Shown piece after piece: positions 25,500 through 36,201 of a stretch of DNA of 64,000 nt. The notes beneath the pieces are model-generated. The model made no database searches, had not been told where the DNA came from, and worked only from the letters and a program-made list of their open reading frames with translations. Within the stretch, counting starts at the first letter, position 1, and each line of letters opens with the position of its first letter. Both the position numbers and the translations under genes were made by a program. The stretch is from Torpedo marmorata. Its lineage: Eukaryota. Location: contig OZ360246.1 of NCBI GenBank assembly GCA_977017645.1, positions 23,932,001 through 23,996,000 of the forward strand, written 5' to 3'.

Positions 25500-25965
25500 G
25501 TAAAACACGAAGGTTTGCAGACACCGTGATTGAAGTAAAAACACAAAGATGGAGAAACTCAGCAGGTCAAACAGTGTACTTTAAATAGCAAAGATAAGGA
25601 TACATAACCAACGTTTCGGGCTTGAGCCCTTCATCAAGGTATTGAGGGATTTGTCAGGAGGATTGTAACTTTAACAAAAAAAAAAAGGATAGAGATTGCT
25701 GGGCCAGGAGCCAATGTAGGTTAACAAGGGAATAGTACAAATTAAGATAAGGGAAGCAAATATAGGTTAAACTTTATGGGGGAATGAAAATAGGATCAAG
25801 TCAGTCACTTGCATGAATATATAAACCCTCAGGTGCCTGCCTACATTTTGCTCATACCTTGATGAAGGGCTCAAGCCCGAAACGTTGGTTATGTATCCTT
25901 ATCTTTGCTATATAACGTACACTGTTTGACCTGCTGAGTTTCTCCAGCATTGAGTTTTTACTTTT
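25500..25965. mobile_element. Penelope-like element termini in inverted arrangement, each with a minimal hammerhead motif
   Basis: Inverted arms (about 25535-25642 and 25854-25962) around a spacer of about 210 bp. Each arm reads TTGATGA-AGGGCTCAAGCCC-GAAACGTT. Confidence 0.75.
25853..25893 (+). ncRNA. Putative minimal type I hammerhead ribozyme
   Basis: Stem I catacc/ggttatg, core UUGAUGA, stem II gggc-tcaa-gccc, GAAA, palindromic stem III AACGUU. Confidence 0.55.
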
Positions 25966-26262
25966 TAATTTTTATCACCATCTCAGTGTTACGTTTAACC
26001 TTGATGCGAGTTTCCGAACAAACTTTCTTGCAGTTACAAAGAAACAACAGCTTCAGTATCCGTACCGTCACCCAACTCAGCCCCTGCTGCTAAGACCTCC
26101 AGCCCTGCCTCCAGGTTGGGTCTGGGATGTTTTGCTGGTCGATCTGCTGCTTTCACTCTCAGTGAACCCGACCGGATGAAAGACTCTGCTGCCCATCCCT
26201 CACCCATTTCACCCAGCACCCTTGAGCCTGCTGACCTGCTCTGTTCCCGACCCTCCAGCACT

Positions 26263-26690
26263 TCAGAATCAGAATTTATTGTCATGAACAGTCACAAAAT
26301 TCGTTGTTTTGCGGCAGCATCACAGTGCAAACATTCATATAAACCACCTTACAAAATAAATAAAAATCATGCACAAAAAGTCAAAGGAAGGCAGTGTCTT
26401 TGGTTCATTGATTATTCAGGAATCTGATGGCAGCGGGAAGAAGCTGTCCTTGTGCCGCTGAGTGCTCGTCTTCAGGCTTCTGTTCCTTTTTCCCCCCGAT
26501 GGTAGCAGAGTGAAGAGGGCATGGCCTGGGTGGTGGGGGTTCTTGAGGATAGAGACTGCTTTCTTAAGTCACCGCCTCTTGTAGATGTCCTCGATGGAGT
26601 GAAGTCTGGTGCCCATGATGTCGCAGGATGAGTTAACAACCCTCTGGAGTTTTTTCTTGTCCTGAGCGTTGGCACCTCCGTACCAGTCAT
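26263..26690 (-). mobile_element. Rex1/Babar-type LINE 3' fragment
   Basis: Reverse complement of the same family, ending catgacaataaattctgattctga. Confidence 0.85.
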
Positions 26691-27795
26691 AAACTCTCAA
26701 ATCTCCACGGCCTTGCTCTTCCATATCTCTGTAACTGCCCCCCCCCGCCCTCCCCGTGTCATCCACGTACCCATTGCCCAGTTTCTTGTACCCTGAACTC
26801 TGGAATTTCAACCCTCAACCTCTCTGCTTCTCTCTCTTTTGGCAGCTTGCCTTTTGGGTTAAAAACTGCCTCCAATGTCTCCTGATGCAGCTCAGGGTTA
26901 CATTTTATTTGACTGTGGCACCCACAAATGACCCCTGGGACAATGAAGACAAGCTATTATTGTTGTATTTACTTTATCTGTATTTGTGCTTGATATTTTC
27001 TCCTTTTGGAGGGACATGGTGATACTGGGGTTGTCTCTGCCAAGCACGGCTGCAGAATTCAGCTGCTTAGTTTGAATGTTAAACCTGTGTCTCTGGGGGA
27101 GGAAGGGGTGCCTCCTGCTTCTGGGCCCAGCAGCATAAATCGCAGCACAACACTTTTAAGGGAAATTACATTGTCTGCCAAAGGAGAAGGGTAAATTTTG
27201 AAACCAGAGTAACATTGCTGCAGTCTTGCAGATTGTTGCTTGACAAATGCAACCACTTTCAATATGAAGCAAAATAATCTGCACCATAGACCCACGTTTT
27301 AACGCCAACTGCCGAGGCCATTCAAGCAGAGCTATGTGGAAGGATTACACTGGACAACAATTTTTTTCAAAAGGTTTGCTTCCTGAAAAAAATAGGGGAT
27401 TATGATAGACAGCTTCTTTCTCTCAGATTTGGATAACAGCTGGAGACAGAAACCCTGTGCATATTTGATCAGATTTGCTGCATCACGTAGGAAGTTGGAG
27501 AAACATTAAATTAACTTTTATTGAATTTAGCATGTTTAATCGCATAACAATGCTGACACATTGTGTTAGTTCAACTGACCTAAAAATGTTTTGCTGATTT
27601 TCGTTTGTACTCAGCATCTGATGCCTCTCGTGTCAGTGTCCAACAATAGTCGGCCAGCACTGATGGATTTCAGTGCCTTGAAACCGCTTTTCCATGGTTG
27701 CAATGTCCTATTGAAACCTTTCACCATGTTCGATACTAACTGCACCAAGATCAGCAGGGAAGAAGTCCAAGCGAGAATGCAGAAAATGAATTTTC

Positions 27796-29754
27796 TTTTT
27801 TTTTAAAAATTAAAATATTTTATTTTCATTTTTAACAAACAATAAAACAAAATACTTCAAAAACAGATATCACATTATATAGTAATACAATAAAAGTAAC
27901 ATATATAATAAAAAAAAACTATTACCCTAAACCTCCCCCCAAAGAAAAAAAAACTAAACAAAACAAGTGGTCGACAATGTTTATATAATTACTAATTTCA
28001 AATATATAAAAGAAAGAAAAACTCAAAGGCTTCCCGGCAACAGGGCTTATCACATGAAGGAACCCAAAACAAATTAATAGCAAATCTTCTTTAATTTATC
28101 CTGACCCAAAATAATCTAAATAAGGTTGCCAAATTTTATAAAAAATAACCTGTTTGTTTTTAATGTTATACGTAATACAGAACCTTTTTTTTTGCTATTT
28201 TCAGTTACGATCATATCTTAGGAATACTTTAGGACCTGATATGGTCCTACCCTCATTGACAGATGCGGAAAAAATATTTCAGGAAGGAAATACGTATAAT
28301 TTTGAGAATATATTTATTGTTACAAGAATTTATTGTTACAAGATCAAGAGCCTAAAGTGGGACATAATAAGTCCAGGATAGGATGGGAATCAGACTTAGG
28401 TATAGTAATTGATGAAGAATTATGGTCAGAATTGTGTCAGAATAGTATGTTAATTACTATAAATGTACGTTATAGATTGGTCTCCCATAATTTTCTTCAT
28501 CAATTATATTTGACTCCACAGAAATTACAAATTTAAACCAGAATTATCAGAGATGTGTTTTAGATGTGGAACAGAGGTTGGTTCTTTTTTACATTCAACA
28601 TGGATGTGCTGTGATCTACCCTTTACGATGAGAGAAGTTAATGAGGTTTTATCGACGTTGAAAAGTGGTAAATCCCCTGGTGATGATGGATTTCCAGTAG
28701 AATTTTATAAGGAATTTAAAGATTTATTAATACCTCCATATATGGAAGTATTGAATCAAATTACGGAAACCCATTTATTACCGAAAACTTTTTTGAATGC
28801 TATTATTACAGTTATACCAAAGAAAGATAGAGATGTATTAAAAACTGAGTCATATAGACCTATTTCTTTACTAAATGTAGATTATAAAATAATGGCAAAA
28901 ATTTTGGCTAATAGAATAGCTAAATATTTACCAAATTTGATACATTCAGATCAAGCTGGCTTTATTAAAAATAGATATTCAAAAGATAATATAGCTAGAT
29001 TATTAAGTTTAATTAATTTACATAAAAAGAAACAGGATTTACCATTGGTGGTAACGCTGGATGCAGAAAAGGCTTTTGATAGATTAGAATGGAATTTTTT
29101 ATTTAAGGTGTTAGAGAAATTTGGTTTTGGGAATATTTTTATAAATTGGATTAAAACTATATATAGAGAACCTACAGCTAAAGTAATTACAAATGGACAA
29201 ATATCGCCAAAATTTCCTTTAACGCGTTCTACGAGGCAGGGGTGTCCCCTATCACCAGCCCTATTTGTTTTGGCAATAGAACCTTTGGCTGAATTGATTA
29301 GGATAGATCCTAATATAGTAGGGATTAAAGTAGGTACGGAAGAACATAAGATTAGTTTGTTTGCAGATGATGTATTAATATATATGACGAAATCTATTAC
29401 ATCACTTCAACAACTAGCTATTATATTAACAGAATATGGTGAAATATCTGGGTATAAAATTAATTCAGATAAAAGTGAAATAATGGCCTTATCTCAAGGT
29501 GATTATACTAGATGTAGAGAGGTTACGGAATTTAAGTGGGCAAAAGAAGGAATTAAATATTCGGGAGTTAAAGTGGATACAAAATTAGAAAATTTATATA
29601 AATTAAATTATGTACCTTTATTTACGAAAATAAAGAAAGATTTGGAAAATTGGAAAGATTTGCCTATAACTTTAATGGGAAGAGTAAATTGTATTAAGAT
29701 GAATATTTTTCCAAGAATTCAATATCTTTTTCAATCAATTCCTTTTGGAATTCC

Positions 29755-29796
<42 letters not shown>

Positions 29797-31618
29797 TTTA
29801 AAGTTTATTATTAGGAAATTTTTATGGAAAGGGAAGTTGGCAAGAGTAAGTATGGATAAGTTAACATGGAATTATGAGATGGGAGGATTGCAACTTCCTA
29901 ATTTTCAATATTATTATAAAGCAGCTCAATTAAAATTTGTTAATGAATTTTTTGATTTAGCTAAAACTTCTGCCTGGGTCAATATAGAATTAAATAATAT
30001 AGGAGAAAATTATAAAGAGAATATTATTTATAAGTGGAATTCTAAATTATTATTAGTAAGAAAGAAAAATTCACCGATTATTAAACATTTGTTGGAAATA
30101 TGGACGCAGGTAGATAAAGAAATAGGTGGGAAAGGGTTAATTTCTTTAAATATGCCATTATATCAAAATCCACTTTTACCATTTACTATGAACAATCAGT
30201 TATTGAAAGTATGGTTTCAAAAAGGAATTAAGAATTTTAAAGATTGTTTTGAGGCTGGAAGATTTGTTACATTTCAAAGATTGAAGGAAAAATTTAATGT
30301 ATTAGATAATACATGGTTAGCTTATTATCAAGTTAAAGCTTTTTTGACTGAGAAATTAGGGGATGATTTGATTGCTCCAAGACAAAATGAGTTAGAATTA
30401 TTAATAATTAAAGCAAATGTTAATAAGTTTATTTCTCAAATGTATAAATTATTTCAGAGAAAAATGCCTAAAGTAGGATTACATAAATCAAGATTTAAAT
30501 GGGAATTAGATTTAAATGTTAATATAGCTGAACATCATTGGAAAGATTTATGTAAATTAAGTATGACTAAAGTTATTAATGTTAGGTATAGATTAGTACA
30601 ATATAATTTTTTCCATCAATTATATTTAACACCAAAAAAATTAAAGAAATTTAATCCGACATTATCGGATTTGTGTTTTAGATGTAAGAGTGAAGTAGGT
30701 TCTTTTGTTCATTCTACATGGTTATGTCCAAAAATTCAAGATTTTTGGTTGAAAGTTAAGAATTTTTTAGACAGAGTTTTTAATGTTATGTTTCCAATGG
30801 AACCTATGTTATTTTTATTTGGAGATATTAGAAAATTTAGTATTAGGATTAGATTGAATATGTATCAGGTAGAATTTTTACGGATTGCTTTAGCTGTTTC
30901 AAAAAAATGTATTGCTATTACTTGGAAATCAGATTTAGATTTAAGTTTAGACAGGTGGCATGCAGAACTCCGTTCGTGTATTCCTCTGGAAAAGATTACT
31001 TATAATTTACGTAATAAGTATCATTCTTTTTTAAAAATTTGGAGCCCATATATGAGAGTTATGGGTTTAAGGATTTGAAATCTCTAGATATCAGGTCTAT
31101 TGGCGAGTTTAACCTCCATGATAAAAATCAGTTTGTAGATGGTTCTCCCCTTACTATTAATCTATCTTTCTTTTTTACTATGTATTTTTTTTTTAAATTA
31201 TTATTCTTTTTTTTTAGAATAGTGGGGATGGGGGGGTTTGGGAAGGGAGGGAGGGTGTGGGGGAGGAAATATATATCACTTGTATTTTGAAAGTTACATA
31301 TTTTGATTTATGTATTTTGTGATTTAAAAATTTAAATAAAATATTTTAAAAAAACATGGATGTGCTGTAAGTTGAGACAATTTTGGCATAATCTCTGTGA
31401 CATCTTATCTAAAGTTATTTGAGTTACTCTAATATTAGATCCAGAGATCTGCCTTTTGGGAAATTTTACTATTAAGGACACCCTAACCAGATATCAAAAT
31501 ATATTTTTGGGAATAGCTTTTTGTGTGGCTTGAAAGTGTTTAATGACTACTTGGAAGTCAGATTCCCCATTGTCTATTGATAGATGGACCTCAGAAATAA
31601 ATAGTTATATTCCATTGG
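27796..31618 (-). mobile_element. Older L1-clade insertion with 5' inversion, bounded by a 15-bp TSD
   Basis: TSD agaaaatgaattttc at 27781-27795 and 31619-31633. Poly(A) and 3' end on minus (27796-28176, ITYNIKNK..FYKIWQPYLDY). The inverted ORF2 segment is on plus (28177-28612 and 31369-31618). Confidence 0.85.
28613..31352 (+). mobile_element. Young 5'-truncated L1-clade element (ORF2 RT and C-terminal Cys domain) nested in the older L1
   Basis: KSPGDDGF, YRPISLLNVDYKI, LDAEKAFD, RQGCPLSP, LFADD and CFRC...HSTWLC motifs; AATAAA plus A-tail; 16-bp TSD aacatggatgtgctgt at 28597-28612 and 31353-31368. Confidence 0.95.
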
Positions 31619-31734
31619 AGAAAATGAATTTTCAATGACATGTTGCACTTCATGGTTTTGTATGCTTGAAGTAGACTTAAAATACGACAGGAAATCACAA
31701 AAATAGGTTATATCTGAAAAACGGTAAGTGATAG

Positions 31735-32591
31735 TGTTATGGACCATGACTGACCATTTGGACTGCGGACGGTCAGCAGGAAGGATGAAGTCTTTTGGAG
31801 TACACACTGGGACCTGGTACTGAAAGAGTTAACTTGCTCAGGACTTGCTGTACTCAGAGAGAGACACCAGAGAGAGACAGGCTGTGGAAAGATACTTTGT
31901 TGCACTTTTGGAAAAGCAGGTGCAAACCTCTGCAAAAAGCATTCAGATTCAGTTGTTGTTTGGAGTTGCAAAGGCTGGAGAACACAGCAAAATCCAGGCT
32001 TCTGCATCCCAGGGGAAAAGGCTGGGAAAATAATAGCACATGGCCTCCTGTATCAGCAAAATCCTGAGTTAAAACAACTTTTGTGAAGAACAGGCGTGAG
32101 ATCAGCGAGACAGGCTGTGAGATACAAGTACACGCCTCAATCTAAAACTGATTTGGCATCACAATCCTCGTGTATCTACCAAAAGGGAAAGTCATCAGAG
32201 AAGAAAAGCAGGCCAAGCATTCTTAAGCTTAAACAGTCATTGTCTCTCTCTCTCCAACGTTCATTAAGAAGTCCTTCGTGCCAGCATACAGAGCTGAATT
32301 TGGACCATGAACATAGAGAGTGAATTTTTGTGGACTGTATTTTTGGGACTGACTTATTTTTATGACTGACCTGGGGGTTTTGGGGAAGGTTTTCTATTTT
32401 TACATGAGGGTTGGGCACAGACTGTAATGGTCTGGGCTTTACATACACACACACTCTTTAGATAAGAATAGTGTTTATAGACTTTTATAGTGGGGTTAAT
32501 TGTTGTGAAATTATATGTTCAATAAATATAAATTTCAATTTTACCCCTTTTGCATTGCGTCTTCTGTCGTTGCTGGTTTGAATTTGTAACA
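31735..32591 (+). mobile_element. Solo LTR (Gypsy-like or ERV)
   Basis: TGTTA...TAACA termini, 4-bp TSD atag on both sides, AATAAA at 32521; 857 bp. Confidence 0.75.
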
Positions 32592-33096
32592 ATAGGAAAA
32601 TTATAAGGCGATTTTCGTGATCAGCAGCCCAAAATCTATAAAATACATCCAAAAGTGTTCAGGAAGCAAAATCTTTGTTGTTCAGAGTTATCATGCAACA
32701 TTTTGTTTTAATTTGGCCGTTATAACTTGCAAAGGTAACTTCAAAATAACCAGGGCAGTGGCCAGAGTTCTTACACTACCCAAGGGGGTAAAGACAATTT
32801 TACTAGTATTCCCAGCAGTAAGTGCGCCATTTAAGCAGAGCAGTTAACTCATCTATGGAGTCCTCAATTTGCAATTTGGGTTCAGTTTTCTTTCCCAATG
32901 GCTGCTTCACAACAGAAGTAAATTTGAGAGCACACTTGCTGTCTGGAAGGACAGGGATAGCGCGATCCCTGGCACTAGGCACAGGAGAAACATCCTCCCA
33001 GTGATACTAAATAGAACTATTAATGCTCCACCAAGGCATGTCCTTCAGATGTGAAGAATTGTGACATAGGCTTTATTTAACATGTCTTTGCTCCAG

Positions 33097-33259
33097 GTGC
33101 GGAGAATGACAGGAGCTCTGGTGGCCGTCGGCCAGGGCAAGCTCATGCCCCGGCACATTGCAGAACTGCTGGAGGTCCGAGATTCCAGGGCCTTTCCAGG
33201 GAATTTTATAGCCCCACCAGACGGCCTGTTTTTGAAGAATGTGGAATATGATGAGAAGG
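33097..33259 (+). CDS. PUSL1: PUSL1 internal exon (human exon 7 equivalent)
   Basis: ctccag| to |gtaaga; 163 nt. VRRMTGALVAVGQG...APPDGLFLKNVEY completes the FLYKQVRRM and AP..GL.L..V.Y TruA motifs. Confidence 0.95.
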
Positions 33260-33265
33260 GTAAGA

Positions 33266-33503
33266 GGGTCACGCGGTTAGCGCCACGCTATTACAGCGCC
33301 AGCGACGCGTGTTTAAATCTGGCGCTGTCTGCAAGGAATTTGTACGTTCTCCCTGTGTCTGCGTGGGTTTCCTCCGGGCGCTCCCGTTTCCTCCCACCTT
33401 TCAAAACGTACAGGGGTTGTTGGTTAATTGGGGTGTTTGGGCGGCACAGGCTCATGGGCTCGAAGGGCCTGTTACCATGCTATATGTCTACATTTTTTTA
33501 AAA
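33266..33503 (+). mobile_element. V-SINE abutting a PUSL1 splice donor
   Basis: Begins about 6 nt after the donor at 33260. Confidence 0.85.
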
Positions 33504-33965
33504 AGTCGTCGAAAAGGTGAATGTAGACACAAGATGGTGGAGCAGAAAATAAAGTGCTGGAGGAACTCAGCGAGTCAGGCAGCATCAGTGAAGTGGACAG
33601 TCGCCGTTTCAGCTCAAGACTCTGCTTCAGGACGGAGGTGGAGCTTCAACCCAAAATGTTGACTGCCCACTTCCCTCCATGGATGCTGCCTGACTTGCCG
33701 AGTTCCTGCAGCAGTTTGTTTTCTTGCTATTGAAAAGCTGAATGCACTGTGATGTGAGAAGGCACATCGTCAATCCTTATATCGCTCACACAGATACAGA
33801 AATGTGCATGCACCACAAGTAAATTGGAGGATATACGCAGACATACATACACACATGTGCAGATGTAATACACATTTAATACACCATCAGAACAGATTAT
33901 GCATATTGCAAAGATGCAGGTACATACAAGATTTACACATACAATCATTCCTGTGTTTTAACATA

Positions 33966-34442
33966 CCGTATATGCCGGCGTATAAGACGGTCCTGAATGT
34001 TAAAAATGTCACCCCAAAACCAGGGGTCACCTTAAACAGCAAGTATAAAATCCGAACCTTAACTGCGAAGTCTCAGCACTCCTCCGCGCCAAGTTTAAAA
34101 TCCGAACCTTAACAACGAAGTCTCAGTGCTCCCCCGCGTGGTGCATCCGCCCAGTCCGACTGCCATCGGCTCTGTACAGGCTTTAAACGGCCTGTTAAAG
34201 GAGCCAACGGTAATTTATTTTAAAATCTTCTAATAAAATTTAAACCTTTACTAGGTGATTTTCTTTTAAAATATTGTGAATTAGTATATTAAATTTGCCT
34301 AGCAGCATCACTCCACTGGTCAGTGGTAAGTGCCAGACTTGGGGTAGTCTTATACAGCGAGTATAGCTCAAAACCTACATTTTAAGTGGAAATTCAGGGG
34401 GTCGTTTTATACACAAGTCGTCTTATATGCCGGCATATACGG
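33966..34442. mobile_element. pogo-type MITE
   Basis: 24-bp TIRs CCGTATATGCCGGC(G/A)TATAAGACG, TA TSD, internal tandem duplication of about 50 bp. Confidence 0.88.
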
Positions 34443-35260
34443 TAAATGCTGATGTTAAATATACACGTGATTCCTCAAAGATACACGCGCACTCAGTTAC
34501 ATCTGCTTGCACATATAAAATTGCACAATCAGAATTACACACACAAATCTGATTTGTGTTATGCATGTGCATTTCTAAAAATACAATCCCACACAATCAT
34601 TCACCTACAGACAGTATGTTCCAGCACATGTGATGACAACAACTGAACCTCAGCCATCTGAGCTCCAGCAATGGCAAGGGTCAGCAAGAAGAACAAGGAA
34701 ATGCTTTGATCTGGAAAGTGAAGTGATATATTAAGTGAATGTTACAGAAGAGGCATTGAAACATCGGATTCCACATTCAGTTAAGCATGGAGTGTGCTGT
34801 TTACACTGACCCATGTGTTCTGCTTTCTGAAGCAGAATTAATTGTGTAACAGGAATTACTTTGTTGACAAGTCCCTCTAATTTGTTTGCATTGCACACCA
34901 CATATTACGGTATATTGTTATTTTGAGAGAAAAATTAGCTCAATTTAGACTATGCTTTCTACATACTGGTTGCAAGGTTCACATTGGCTGGTTTGCTGCT
35001 AACCCTCTGTAATTGAAACCACTGTTCCAACAAGAAGCTCAGCGCTGTCCATGTGCGGAGCATGCTTGTCCCGCACGTTTAAAGAGAATGAAGTTGCCAG
35101 CGGTCCTTGCGCTGAATGCGTGCCAGATGTTACAACTGCAACTCGTTCAGAAATGTCAGGAAGCGTGTTTCTTTAGCAACTAAGCCATGAAGGCTCCCAG
35201 AAACTGAATTGAGAGTTGGCATGGCAACCTTTAAAAGCTGATTTTTGTTTTGCTTTACAG

Positions 35261-35292
35261 ATCTTCAAGTGCAAGAAAACATAATTCAGTGA
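35261..35292 (+). CDS. PUSL1: Probable terminal coding exon of PUSL1
   Basis: Strong acceptor (ctgatttttgttttgctttacag|). The phase-1 join gives DLQVQENIIQ-stop. This tail is poorly conserved, so the call rests on splice signal and phase only. Confidence 0.6.
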
Positions 35293-35507
35293 CTGTGGAC
35301 TCAGAACAAACTGGAGGCTCTGACCATTACCATGGCAAATAGCATCTATGATCAAGGACAGTCTAGCTCCACTGTTGACTTGCTCGTATTACATAAATGC
35401 TCCTGAAGGTGTTCCAAATTATGAGGAAATTATAATGTTAGATGGGAGCTAATGTTTTTTTAAATTAATTGCCAAAGGTAATCAGCTTCCATAAAAACCT
35501 TTCACCA

Positions 35508-36201
35508 AATTACACCAATATAACCCCGAGTTATCAGAGATGTGTTTTAGGTGTGGTATAGAGGTTGGTTCCTTCTTACACTCCACCTGGCTCTGCACGA
35601 AGGTGAGACCCTTCTGGTATGACCTTTGTGACATCCTAACTAAGATCACAGGAGTCACCTTCCCAGTAGACCCAGAGCTTTGTCTTCTGGGGAACTTTAC
35701 AAGTGTTGGTAGATCGCTAACTAATTTCCAAATTAAATTCACAGAAATTTCCTTATGTGTGGCCAGGAAATGTATAGCAGTAACACGGAAATCTGACTCC
35801 CACCTCCTCATTGATAGGTGGTCTTCAGAGATGAACAGCTGCATTCCTCTTGAAAAGGTCATGTATAGTCTTAGGAAGGGATATAACACCTTCCTAAAAA
35901 TCTGGCAGCCTTATTTAGATCATATTGGTACCTCACTGGCACCACCATAGGGATACGATCGCTACTGACTAGCCAGCAGACCTCAAGATTTTAACATTGT
36001 GGTATTATCACGTCTCTATGTATTTTATTGTATGCACTGACGAGGGGATTTTTCGGTTTCTTTTTCTTCATTTTTTTCCCTGTTTAATTGGACTTATACA
36101 GATGGGAAGGGGTGGAGGGATGGGTTCTCTTGATGTTTTGTATTTTGTATGGTTTTTGATTGTTAAAATATATTTAAAATGATAAATAAAATAGTACAAA
36201 A
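35508..36201 (+). mobile_element. 5'-truncated L1 (ORF2 C-terminus and 3'UTR)
   Basis: ORF 35540-35950 (CFRC...HSTWLC...IPLEK...KIWQPY); TSD aaaaacctttcacca at 35493-35507 and 36202-36216. Confidence 0.92.

Noticed and set aside
28553-31078. Domesticated reverse transcriptase host gene
   Set aside because: 5'-truncated L1 with TSD and A-tail, no endonuclease domain, internal stop; the first 20 residues come from the host L1.
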